Source: Candidatus Latescibacterota bacterium | Lineage (GTDB): Bacteria; Latescibacterota; UBA2968; GCA-2709665 | Direction of reading: 5' to 3' | Assembly: GCA_965222075.1 (NCBI GenBank) | Contig: OZ244937.1 | Span: 3,744,001-3,808,000, forward strand | Length of the DNA stretch: 64,000 bases | Shown: in pieces, positions 11,065-19,866 of the stretch | How positions within the stretch are numbered: the stretch's first letter is position 1 | How the letters are laid out: every line of letters starts with the position of its first letter | Program-made: the position numbers and the translations under genes | Notes under the pieces: generated by a model | What the model was told of the DNA's origin: nothing | The model's database searches: none | The model's input: the letters and a program-made list of their open reading frames with translations, nothing else

Positions 11065-11097
11065 CCTGTCTGCGTGCGTGCCACACGCACAGGCAGG
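11065..11097. repeat. Mini-palindrome insertion (33 bp, in frame)
   Basis: CCTGTCTGCGTGCGTGCCACACGCACAGGCAGG; removing it restores RRHL|W. Confidence 0.85.
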
Positions 11098-11254
11098 TGG
11101 GAAGCATAGTTTCTTGTGAACTCTACGCAAAAGCAAGAGAAGGTACAATTTCCTTGCGAGATCCTCGATCTCCTTTGTGGGTTGCAATTGCCTTTAGTCG
11201 CTTAGCCGCTTCGTTGGCTAAAGTCCAGTTACATCTCATTTAGGATTGCTATAC

Positions 11255-13690
11255 TTACTCATCTCTCAACAAATCCACTGGATTTCTTATTGCCGCCTTT
11301 ATCGTCTGATAACCTGCACCCGCTAAAGAAATTATCAAAACCAAAGTTCCGCCGACAACGAATATCTCCACTTCCAGATCTATCCGATGCACGAAGCTCT
11401 CTAGCCACTTTTCTATTACGTAATAGGCGATGGGCCAAACGATAATATTCGCCACGATTACAATCTGGATGAATTCCCTTAAAAGTAAAGTAACAATACT
11501 GAGAACCGATGCACCCAGTAATTTCCGAATACCGATCTCTTTCGTACGTCGTGCAATGGAAAGAGCAATTAGTCCTAATGCACCGAAAGAAGCAATGAAG
11601 ATCGCAAAGAAGGAAGAATAGCCAATAATTCGTCCCCATCTTTTTTCCTCTTGATATTGTTGATGAATATGGTCATCGAGAAATAGAAAATCGAATGGAA
11701 GGTCTGGGTTTAATCGATGCCATTTATCTTTTAGTAATCCTAGAGCAGTTGGGATTCTGTCAGGGCGTATTTTAATATAGATATAATCTGGGGTAGAAGT
11801 GAGAGAAAATATCACAGGGGTGATTTCATGGTGCAAAGATTCATAGTAGAAATCTTCTACAACTCCGATAACCGGAGGATTACTTACAGTGGGATAACGT
11901 AGATCGGTTAGTGTAAGTCCCTCGATTTGTCTTTGGGTGGGGGAATTCCATTCGAACGTCTTTACCCATGCCTCATTTACCATCACTCCTTCTGCGCCAA
12001 AATCTCTAGAAAATTTCCGCCCTTCAACCAATCCAACTTCCATCATATCGAGATAATGATGATCGACCTTGTAATGATGGTAAACTACTAGCTGATCCTT
12101 GTGGCTGCGGGCGTATCCCGCAGAACCAGAGTTAAAGAGATGTGACGCGCCAGAAACGCCCAAAATATCATTATGCTGGGCCATTTCATTCTTAAAGATA
12201 TTCAGAATCCTTGCTTTTTTTGACATTTTTAGATTCTGTACAGGAATTACTATAATCTGTTCATCATTGAAACCCAAATTTTGAGTCCTCATATAATCAA
12301 CCTGTTTATACACAAATATACTGATAATAATGAAGAAGGTAGACAAAATAAACTGAACCACCACAAGAACTCGTCGCAGGTTATTTTTACCCTCGATTTT
12401 TAGTTCTCCTTTCAGCACGTTAACAGGATGAAATCCTGACAAAACAATAGCTGGATAGCTACCTGAAATGAAACCTACTAACAACATCAATCCGAACAGA
12501 CATATTAAGAATCCATTATCAATATAACCTATCGAGAGATTCTTTTGAATCAGATCGTTAAATATTGGTAAGATAATTTCAGCGATCGGAATTCCAATCA
12601 ACAATGCAAAAAAACTTAAAAGAAAGAATTCTCCCCAGAATTGTTTCATAAGTTGTATCCGTGTTGCACCTATCGCCTTCCGTATACCGATTTCCTTAGC
12701 CCGAGTTGAAAATCGTCCAATTGAAAGGTTTGTAAAATTTATACAGGCAATTAAGAGTACGAACAAGGCAATGCCTGACAAAATGTAAGAATAAATAGGA
12801 TTGCTTACCGGTTCCGGCCCCTGAATAGCCGTCGAAAAATGAACATCGGCGAGCGGTTGAAGACGTAAACGGGGGATATTTCCAATTTGACCAGGTTGCC
12901 GTAGATGCTTTTCAACCAGAGGCGGAAATTTGACTTCAATATCGGACGGACTAACATCCTCTAATAGGCGAATGTAAACTGAATTGTTGCTAGGATAGAT
13001 GCTCCAGCTGGTAATATCTAACCCAAAGAGATCTGTTAAGCGTTCATAAGATACAAGAAAGTCGAACCGAATAGTGGAATTCTCTGGAATATGTCTAGCA
13101 ACACCCGTCACAACAAACTCGTGGAACCTGTTGCCCTGTTCGGACGTTCGTTTAATCATTGGATGTTCAAAAACGAAGGATCGAATAGAAATTTGTTTGC
13201 CCATAGGGTTCTCACTGCCGAAATACTTCCTAGCGGCATCTTCGCTCAGAACGACGGAATTCTTGTCTTTCAACGCGATTTCGGGATTGCCTAGCTTCAA
13301 CGGGAAAGAAAAGATGTTGAAAAATGAAGCATCGGCAAAAAGCAACTTCTCATAAAACGACTGATCTCTGAAAGCGACCCATGTTTCCTGTTGCATTAAT
13401 CTAACAGCCTGTTTGATTTCCGGAATGTTTGACATCAATATCGGTGCCATAGGCATACGATGGCTTGCCAGAAGATACTGCTTGCCGTCTTCGTATTTAC
13501 CATCCTCATAGAGTCTGTAAATAGTATTCGCATGTTCGTGGAAGGTATCGTAGGTCCATTCATCTTGAACGAACAAGAATGTCAAAAGACAGAAGGCAAT
13601 ACCGATGGAAAGACCTAAGATATTGATAAAAGAGAACGTCTTATTCCGCATAAAGTTTCGAAAAGCAATAAGCAGATAGTTTCTAAACAT
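11255..13690 (-). CDS. MacB/FtsX-family ABC permease, paralogue 1 (AT-rich)
   Basis: MFRNYL.IAFRN, INILGLSIG, IACINF.NLS, R.KEIGIRK..GA twice, NPVDLLRDE end; duplicated MacB-PCD/FtsX architecture. Confidence 0.95.
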   Translation of the reverse strand: MFRNYLLIAFRNFMRNKTFSFINILGLSIGIAFCLLTFLFVQDEWTYDTFHEHANTIYRLYEDGKYEDGKQYLLASHRMPMAPILMSNIPEIKQAVRLMQQETWVAFRDQSFYEKLLFADASFFNIFSFPLKLGNPEIALKDKNSVVLSEDAARKYFGSENPMGKQISIRSFVFEHPMIKRTSEQGNRFHEFVVTGVARHIPENSTIRFDFLVSYERLTDLFGLDITSWSIYPSNNSVYIRLLEDVSPSDIEVKFPPLVEKHLRQPGQIGNIPRLRLQPLADVHFSTAIQGPEPVSNPIYSYILSGIALFVLLIACINFTNLSIGRFSTRAKEIGIRKAIGATRIQLMKQFWGEFFLLSFFALLIGIPIAEIILPIFNDLIQKNLSIGYIDNGFLICLFGLMLLVGFISGSYPAIVLSGFHPVNVLKGELKIEGKNNLRRVLVVVQFILSTFFIIISIFVYKQVDYMRTQNLGFNDEQIIVIPVQNLKMSKKARILNIFKNEMAQHNDILGVSGASHLFNSGSAGYARSHKDQLVVYHHYKVDHHYLDMMEVGLVEGRKFSRDFGAEGVMVNEAWVKTFEWNSPTQRQIEGLTLTDLRYPTVSNPPVIGVVEDFYYESLHHEITPVIFSLTSTPDYIYIKIRPDRIPTALGLLKDKWHRLNPDLPFDFLFLDDHIHQQYQEEKRWGRIIGYSSFFAIFIASFGALGLIALSIARRTKEIGIRKLLGASVLSIVTLLLREFIQIVIVANIIVWPIAYYVIEKWLESFVHRIDLEVEIFVVGGTLVLIISLAGAGYQTIKAAIRNPVDLLRDE

Positions 13691-13949
13691 GTCGCTGCCC
13701 CCTCTCATCAGGATTGGCAATATGTATACTTGTGCTCTTTGCTGTAAACGCTTTCTGGATGAGGTATATTAGAAAGTTGTGGACGGGTACAGAAAATGAG
13801 CGTATCCTTGAGTATCAACAAAACCCAAAATCCCTCGGTCGAGGGAGATTCGAGACACCTTCCGGAGACGTCTTCACCTGAGCGCGCAGATGGCTCAGGC
13901 GGGCATCTGCGCCACCCTCCATCCCTCCGAAGAAAGGAGCACCAACCCT

Positions 13950-15002
13950 ATGCAAACCCTCTCCCAACAGGTCAGCCGTCCCGTCTACGACGACCTCGGA
14001 GCGCCCGAACCGATCGAACCGATCTTCGCCGAAGGCACCGACCCCACGCTCGAAGACTGGCAGGACCGGCGCGCGGTCCTGAAAGAACGCTGGAACGCGG
14101 TCCTGGGCACCCCCTCCCTGGACATTTTCGACACGCGCCCGGAAATCATCAACACCTTCGAACAGCCTGCATACCGGGCCACCGTATTCAAACAGCCCAC
14201 CGGACCTGACACCCGCCAGACCCTTCTGCTCATGGAACCCGGGCAGGCGGCCCATTCCCCCCGTCCCGGTATGGTCGTCCCCTTCTACCACCCGGACCCG
14301 ATGGCCGGCATCGACCTGGACACGCAGGAGCCCATCGCCGAAGACCGAAATATCCAGTTCGGCCGCCACCTCGTGCAGCAGGGAAACGTGGTGGTCTGCA
14401 CCGAAGCCTTCCCGTTCAACACCGTACCCGAACCCGCAGACAACAAAAGCTTTTCCTGGTGGCAGGCCGCCGCAGACAAACTGCTGAAAGACCATCCCAA
14501 CTGGACCGGCATCGCCAAACTCGTCTGGGACGCCAGCCGGGCCGTCGACCTCCTGCTGGACCAGCCCGACATCGACCGGAAACGAATCGGCATCATGGGA
14601 CACTCCCTGGGCGGAAAAATCGCCTTCTACACCGGCGCGCTCGACGAACGCATCCAGGCCATTGTCGCCTCCGACTTCGGCATGGGGTTCAACTTCACCA
14701 ACTGGGATGCCCCCTGGTACCTGGGCGACCAGATCCACCGCCCCGACTTCACCCTTGCCCACCACCACCTCCTGGCCCTGCACGCCCCCCGGTCCTTCTT
14801 CCTCTTCGGCGGCGAAGCGGACCGCCCTGCAACCTGGCAGTACATCAACGAAGCCAAAAAAGTCTACGCCCTCTACGGCAAACCGGACGCCGTCGGCTTC
14901 TTCGACCACGCCTCCGGCCACCGCCCCACCGGTGAATCGTTGAAAATCGCCTACCGCTGGCTGGCGGAACGGTTCGGGCTGGCGGAACAGCCGTGGGAGT
15001 GA
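13950..15002 (+). CDS. Alpha/beta hydrolase (dienelactone hydrolase / acetylxylan esterase-like)
   Basis: GHSLGG nucleophile elbow, D..RAVDLL...PDID..RIG, G..D, GH; AAGGAG RBS before ATG 13950. Confidence 0.88.
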   Translation: MQTLSQQVSRPVYDDLGAPEPIEPIFAEGTDPTLEDWQDRRAVLKERWNAVLGTPSLDIFDTRPEIINTFEQPAYRATVFKQPTGPDTRQTLLLMEPGQAAHSPRPGMVVPFYHPDPMAGIDLDTQEPIAEDRNIQFGRHLVQQGNVVVCTEAFPFNTVPEPADNKSFSWWQAAADKLLKDHPNWTGIAKLVWDASRAVDLLLDQPDIDRKRIGIMGHSLGGKIAFYTGALDERIQAIVASDFGMGFNFTNWDAPWYLGDQIHRPDFTLAHHHLLALHAPRSFFLFGGEADRPATWQYINEAKKVYALYGKPDAVGFFDHASGHRPTGESLKIAYRWLAERFGLAEQPWE

Positions 15003-15048
15003 CCCCTCCCCCGGCCCCTCCCCGAAACGGGGAGGGGAGAGCGTGCTC

Positions 15049-15210
15049 CTAAGAGGGTTGGGAGGTAGAGCGTTTCTTCAGTTGGGCCACGATACGACTC
15101 AGAACACCTTCAAAATTCTGTCTTATATCTTCATTCTGGATTCGTATAACCTTCAAACCACGAGATGCAAGAATACCATCACGTTCTGCAACAATATTTC
15201 TCTTCCTCAT
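15049..15210 (-). pseudogene. DUF559 endonuclease with a 231-bp in-frame internal deletion
   Basis: Reads MRKRNIV|AERDGILASRG...; junction at 15190/15191 relative to the intact copy. Confidence 0.85.
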
Positions 15211-15381
15211 CCTACAACCGTCACCTCCTCCGCCTTTCTCCCCCTTTCCTCTCAGGAAAGGGGGCCGGGGGGATAGGTCACTCAGTCCGATGGCTGGCAG
15301 AACAGTTCGGGCTGGCGGAACAGCCGTGGGAGTGACCCCTCCCCCAGCCCCTCCCCGAAACGGGGAGGGGAGAGGGTGCTC

Positions 15382-15774
15382 CTAAGAGGGTTGGGAGGTA
15401 GAGCGTTTCTTCAGTTGGGCCACGATACCACTCAGAACACCTTCAAGATTCTGTCTTATATCTTCATTCTGGATTCGTATAACCTTCAAACCACGAGATG
15501 CAAGAATACCATCACGTTCTGCATCGTACTTGACCTGCTGATGATGAACACCGCCATCCACTTCGATCACCAATCCAGCAGCATGACAGTAGAAATCCAC
15601 AATAAATCCATCAATGACCTGCTGCCGACGAAAGTGAAACCCCTCCAGTCGATTGGCGCGAAGACGTTCCCAGAGAATGCCCTCTTCTTCCGTCATCTGA
15701 CCACGAAGCATTCTTGCCCGCTTCACCTTATCCAGATCCACTCTCTGCCCAATAACAATATTTCTCTTCCTCAT
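15382..15774 (-). CDS. DUF559 / Vsr-like endonuclease-domain protein, intact copy 1
   Basis: ARMLR..MT.EE..LWERLR, FRRQ..I..FIVDFYC....LVIEVDGGVH, D.ERD..L...G..VIRI.N; GGAGGTG RBS upstream. Confidence 0.92.
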   Translation of the reverse strand: MRKRNIVIGQRVDLDKVKRARMLRGQMTEEEGILWERLRANRLEGFHFRRQQVIDGFIVDFYCHAAGLVIEVDGGVHHQQVKYDAERDGILASRGLKVIRIQNEDIRQNLEGVLSGIVAQLKKRSTSQPS

Positions 15775-15945
15775 CCTACAACCGTCACCTCCTCCGCCTT
15801 TCTCCCCCTTTCCTCTCAGGAAAGGGGGCCGGGGGGATAGGTCACTCAGTCCGATGGCTGGCAGAACGGTTCGGGCTGGCGGAACAGCCGTGGGAGTGAC
15901 CCCTCCCCCAGCCCCTCCCCGAAACGGGGAGGGGAGAGGGTGCTC

Positions 15946-16338
15946 CTAAGAGGGTTGGAAGGTAGAGCGTTTCTTCAGTTGGGTCACGATACCACTCAGA
16001 ACACCTTCAAGATTCTGTCTTATATCTTCATTCTGGATTCGTATAACCTTCAAACCACGAGATGCAAGAATACCATCACGTTCTGCATCGTACTTGACCT
16101 GCTGATGATGAACACCGCCATCCACTTCGATCACCAATCCAGCAGCATGACAGTAGAAATCCACAATAAATCCATCAATAACCTGCTGCCGACGAAAGTG
16201 AAATGCCTCCAGTCGATTGGCGCGAAGACGTTCCCAGAGAATGCCCTCTTCTTCCGTCATCTGACCACGAAGCATTCTTGCCCGCTTCACCTTATCCAGA
16301 CCCACTTTCTGCCCAATAACGATATTTCTTCTCCTCAT
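15946..16338 (-). CDS. DUF559 / Vsr-like endonuclease-domain protein, intact copy 2
   Basis: Near-identical to 15382-15774, offset by 564 bp. Confidence 0.92.
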   Translation of the reverse strand: MRRRNIVIGQKVGLDKVKRARMLRGQMTEEEGILWERLRANRLEAFHFRRQQVIDGFIVDFYCHAAGLVIEVDGGVHHQQVKYDAERDGILASRGLKVIRIQNEDIRQNLEGVLSGIVTQLKKRSTFQPS

Positions 16339-16405
16339 CCTACACCCGTCACCTCCTCCGCCTTTCTCCCCCTTTCCTCTCAGGAAAGGGGGCCGGGGGG
16401 ATAGG

Positions 16406-18820
16406 TCACTCATACCGCAGCGCATCCACCGGATTCGCCAGTGCAGCCTTCATAGACTGGGCGCCCACCGTCAGAAGGGCGATCCCCAGCGCCAGAACGC
16501 CGCATAGGATGAAGATTTCCGGTCCGGGATCAATCCGATACGCAAAGTCCTGAAGCCATCTGTTCATCACATAGTAGGCAGCCGGCCAGGCCAGCAGATT
16601 GGCAACCACAACAAGCTTTGCAAATTCTCCGGAAAGCAGGAGAACGAGGTTGGATACTGAAGCCCCCAGCACCTTACGGATACCGACCTCCTTGGTTCGC
16701 CGCGTTACGGAGAGAGACGCCAGCCCAAGAAGTCCCAGACAGGAAATCAGGATCGCAAACAGAAAGGTGTACCCCGTAATTCTGATCCATCGGTCTTCAT
16801 TCTGGTACTGGCGAACGAGATTATCTTCGAGGAAGGAATACTGAAACGGCTGGTCCAACGCGACAGCCTCCCACGTCTTCTTCAGAAAGGCGATAGTGCC
16901 GGCAATGTCCTCGGGCTGGATCCGGATCAGTACGAAAGGCCCATACGACCGGGGTCCAGTGTGCAGCAGCAACGGCTGAATTCCCCTGTGCAGGGAATCG
17001 ATATGGAAATCCCTTACAACGCCGATGACGGTCAGTTCTCCCAACTTCTCCCAGTCCAGATTTTTCAGGGTCTTCCCGACGGGATCCTCCCATCCGAGCA
17101 TTCCGGCCAGCTTCTCATTCACAAGCGCGAACGATTGTGGATCGGACGGGGATGTCGGTGAGAAATTCCGTCCTGCAACAAGCTGGATCTTCAGGGTCTC
17201 AAGATAATCGGGATCTACCCGGATGACCCGAACCCTTAGACGCTCGCCGTCTTCTTTTTCCATGCCTATGCCTCTGGATCCGGTCGTAAACGCCCGGTCA
17301 CTGATGGTTGCGCTGACAACCCGAGGAGATTTGGAAACTTCCACTTTGTACCGTTCGCTGACAGCGTCTGAATTCGCCACCATGGCAGGAACAACCACCA
17401 CCTGTTCTTCACGGTACCCCAGATCCTTTTCTCTCAGGTAGTTGAGCTGTTGGACCATCATCGCGGCGCTGATCATCAGTGCGATCGACAGAGCATACTG
17501 CACAACCACCAGCGCACGCGTACCCACGTTTCGCCCCCCAATCCGCACCTGGCCTTTGAGCACCTCTACCGCGTGGAGCCGGGGCAGTACTACGGCCGGA
17601 TAACTGCCCGCCGCAAGTCCTGCAATGCCCACCAGCCCCAGAAGCATGAGCGTTGTTCCCCAACTGTCCAAATAGGAAATGCTCAAATTCTTGCGCGCCA
17701 GATCATTGAAGACGGGCAGAAACATCTCGGCCAGAGCGATTCCCATCACCAGGGCAAACATGCTTAAAAGCAACGCCTCGCCCCAGAACTGCTGCATAAG
17801 CTGCCTCCGCTGCGCTCCCAGCACTTTTCGCATTCCCACCTCTCGTGCGCGTCCCACGGACCGGCCGACCGCCAGAGTCATATAATTGATACACGCGATT
17901 GCAAGCACCAGAAGCGCAAGCCCGGAAAGCAAGTAGGAGTAGACCACGTTGCCATTGGCTTCGTACGAACTTCTGACCTCAGAATTCAGGTAAACGTCCC
18001 GCAGCGGCTGGAGGCGCAGCAAAAACCCGTCCTCTGCGTCCCTCACGTGACCGTGCGTTTTGAACAACCCGATCCTGTCTCCCAGGTGCTTCTCGGCAAA
18101 GGGCGGAAACACCGCTTCCAAAGCCTCCGCATCCTGTCCTTCCACAAGCTGCACGTACATAGAGGCATTCCCACCACCCCAATCCGTATTCACAGCATAA
18201 TACCTGTGGTGTTCAATCGGGATCAGAAGACCGAATTTCAGGCTGGAGGTCTCGGGAACGTCTCGCATCACCCCCGTGACGGTAAAGTCCTGAGCTCTAA
18301 ACGACAGCGGTTTCCCCAGAGCCGCAGCGTAACCGTCTTCCAAATTTCCAAAGAGCTTGCGCGCGACCGTCTCGCTGATCACCACACCATCCGGCTGGCG
18401 CAGGGCCGTCGCAGGGTCTCCCGCCAGGAGTGGGAAGGAGAATATCTCCAGAAAGTCCGCGTCCACCAGGCCGAAGGATTCCCGAAAGGCGATCTCCTGA
18501 TATGAAACCTGCGTCCTGGAGCGCATAAATCCGCTCGCCCGGATAACACCCGGAAACTCCTCCCGTAGCGCTGCCGCAAGAGAAGCAGGGTGAAGCGTGG
18601 AAAACCTGACACTGCCATCAGGCCTGGTCTCCCGTACAATCACCCGAAAAATCCGGTCAGAATTCTCGTGGAAGGCATCGTACTGCCATTCGTGCCGGAC
18701 GAACAGGAAGATCAGAATACAACACGCAAGGCCGACCGCCAGTCCAAACACGTTGATGAACGCATACAGCTTCTGCCGGAGCACGTTTCGCACAGCCACG
18801 ATCAGGTAGTTTCGGAACAT
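16406..18820 (-). CDS. MacB/FtsX-family ABC permease, paralogue 2
   Basis: MFRNYL, IACINY, RAREVGMRKVLGA, RTKEVGIRKVLGA, ends ANPVDALRYE. Confidence 0.95.
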   Translation of the reverse strand: MFRNYLIVAVRNVLRQKLYAFINVFGLAVGLACCILIFLFVRHEWQYDAFHENSDRIFRVIVRETRPDGSVRFSTLHPASLAAALREEFPGVIRASGFMRSRTQVSYQEIAFRESFGLVDADFLEIFSFPLLAGDPATALRQPDGVVISETVARKLFGNLEDGYAAALGKPLSFRAQDFTVTGVMRDVPETSSLKFGLLIPIEHHRYYAVNTDWGGGNASMYVQLVEGQDAEALEAVFPPFAEKHLGDRIGLFKTHGHVRDAEDGFLLRLQPLRDVYLNSEVRSSYEANGNVVYSYLLSGLALLVLAIACINYMTLAVGRSVGRAREVGMRKVLGAQRRQLMQQFWGEALLLSMFALVMGIALAEMFLPVFNDLARKNLSISYLDSWGTTLMLLGLVGIAGLAAGSYPAVVLPRLHAVEVLKGQVRIGGRNVGTRALVVVQYALSIALMISAAMMVQQLNYLREKDLGYREEQVVVVPAMVANSDAVSERYKVEVSKSPRVVSATISDRAFTTGSRGIGMEKEDGERLRVRVIRVDPDYLETLKIQLVAGRNFSPTSPSDPQSFALVNEKLAGMLGWEDPVGKTLKNLDWEKLGELTVIGVVRDFHIDSLHRGIQPLLLHTGPRSYGPFVLIRIQPEDIAGTIAFLKKTWEAVALDQPFQYSFLEDNLVRQYQNEDRWIRITGYTFLFAILISCLGLLGLASLSVTRRTKEVGIRKVLGASVSNLVLLLSGEFAKLVVVANLLAWPAAYYVMNRWLQDFAYRIDPGPEIFILCGVLALGIALLTVGAQSMKAALANPVDALRYE

Positions 18821-18875
18821 GGAGATTCCCTCTCAAAAGACGTGAAATGTGAGAGGCTCACCACCCCTGGAAGAA

Positions 18876-18966
18876 GCCAGAACACCGGAGAAAGGGTGGA
18901 TGGGTCCGCCTTTCTCCCCCTTTCCTCTCAGGAAAGGGGGCCGGGGGGATAGGTCACTCATACCGC
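18876..18966. repeat. Solo A arm; direct repeat of 19776-19866
   Basis: About 90 bp near-identical at a 900-bp offset; hairpin CCCCCTTTCCT-CTC-AGGAAAGGGGG at 18916-18940. Confidence 0.9.
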
Positions 18967-19006
18967 TGGCAGTCAGCGGTCAGGGCTCAGCGGAAATCGC
19001 TGCGTC

Positions 19007-19684
19007 TCACTCAGTTTGTTCATCCTTATCGATCCACCCGTCCAGCAGGTGAATCACCTTGCGACCATACGACGCGTTCTTCTCCGAATGCGTCGCCTGG
19101 ACAATCGTCGTCCCTCCCTGATTCAATTTCGTGAACAGCGCCATCACCTCTTCCCCCTGTGCCGAATTCAGATTCCCGGTCGGCTCATCGGCCAAGATCA
19201 GCTTCGGACTCGTGATCACCGCCCTGGCAACTGCCACGCGCTGCTGCTCCCCGCCGGAAAGCTGATTCGGAAACAGGTCTTTCTTCGCCACAATATTGAA
19301 CCGGTCCAGCATATCGCAAACCAGTCCCCTGCGCTCCGATCCCCTGACCTTCTTGTACAGCAGCGGCGTCTCCAGGTTCTCGTACACCGTCAACTCGTCA
19401 ATCAGGTGGTAACTCTGGAACACAAACCCGATATGGTGCTTGTGCAGATCCGTCCGCTTCCGCTCGTTCAACTTGTGCGTCGGTTCGTCGAAAAAGTAAT
19501 ACGCCCCATTCGACGGCTCATCGAGCATTCCCAGGATATGCAGCAGCGTGGACTTCCCGGCGCCCGACGGCCCCATAATCGAAACGAACTCCCCCTCCTC
19601 GATTTCAAGGTCGATATTCCTCAGCACGAAGGTCTTCACAAAACCCGTTGAGTAGTATTTCTCGATCTCTCGAAGCCGAATCAT
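19007..19684 (-). CDS. ABC ATP-binding protein (LolD/MacB-like)
   Basis: [36 protein letters not shown]; AAGGAGG RBS before ATG 19684. Confidence 0.95.
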   Translation of the reverse strand: MIRLREIEKYYSTGFVKTFVLRNIDLEIEEGEFVSIMGPSGAGKSTLLHILGMLDEPSNGAYYFFDEPTHKLNERKRTDLHKHHIGFVFQSYHLIDELTVYENLETPLLYKKVRGSERRGLVCDMLDRFNIVAKKDLFPNQLSGGEQQRVAVARAVITSPKLILADEPTGNLNSAQGEEVMALFTKLNQGGTTIVQATHSEKNASYGRKVIHLLDGWIDKDEQTE

Positions 19685-19775
19685 CGTGTGCCTCCTTAAG
19701 GCGCATGGCATTTGGTTAATTGGTATTTCAGCGATTTTTGAAACGGGTCGGACAAAGTGTGGAGAACGGATTCTT

Positions 19776-19866
19776 GCCTGAACACCGGAGGAAGGGTGGA
19801 TGGGTCCGCCTTTCTCCCCCTTTCCTCTCAGGAAAGGGGGCCGGGGGGATAGGTCACTCATACCGC
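19776..19866. repeat. Solo A arm overlapping the stop codon of permease 3
   Basis: Hairpin at 19816-19840; GGTCACTCATACCGC contains the permease stop (19854-19856). Confidence 0.9.

Larger units (their letters stand above)
10400..11110 (+). mobile_element. Degenerate IS701-like DDE transposase (3' part), with frameshifts and palindrome insertions
   Basis: RWDTALYHEP, GPKPKKG, ALWY..., RDPEG, FFCT, RFSIETTFQEARAHL.METQRQWS, AWYRK, PTFS...RRHLW. Confidence 0.75.
14952..16418. mobile_element. Tandem array 1 of the DUF559 hairpin element (3 units: deleted, intact, intact)
   Basis: B hairpins at 15015, 15348, 15912; A hairpins at 15240, 15804, 16368; periods 333 and 564 bp; bounded by TACCGC at 14952 and 16413. 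Confidence 0.85.

Noticed and set aside
15043-16404. Plus-strand ORFs MLLRGL...QERGPGG (also at 30060)
   Set aside because: They are antisense shadows of DUF559 with no recognisable motifs; they recur only because the DNA is repeated.
14952-16418. CRISPR array
   Set aside because: The sequence between repeats is the same DUF559 gene or linker rather than unique spacers, the periods are hundreds of bp, and no cas genes are present.
16339-16425. N-terminal extensions MRCGMSDLSPRPPFLRGKGEKGG on DUF559 and on the ATPase (19685-19873)
   Set aside because: These are read-through translations of the A arm. Good RBS/ATG pairs lie downstream at 16338, 30458 and 19684.
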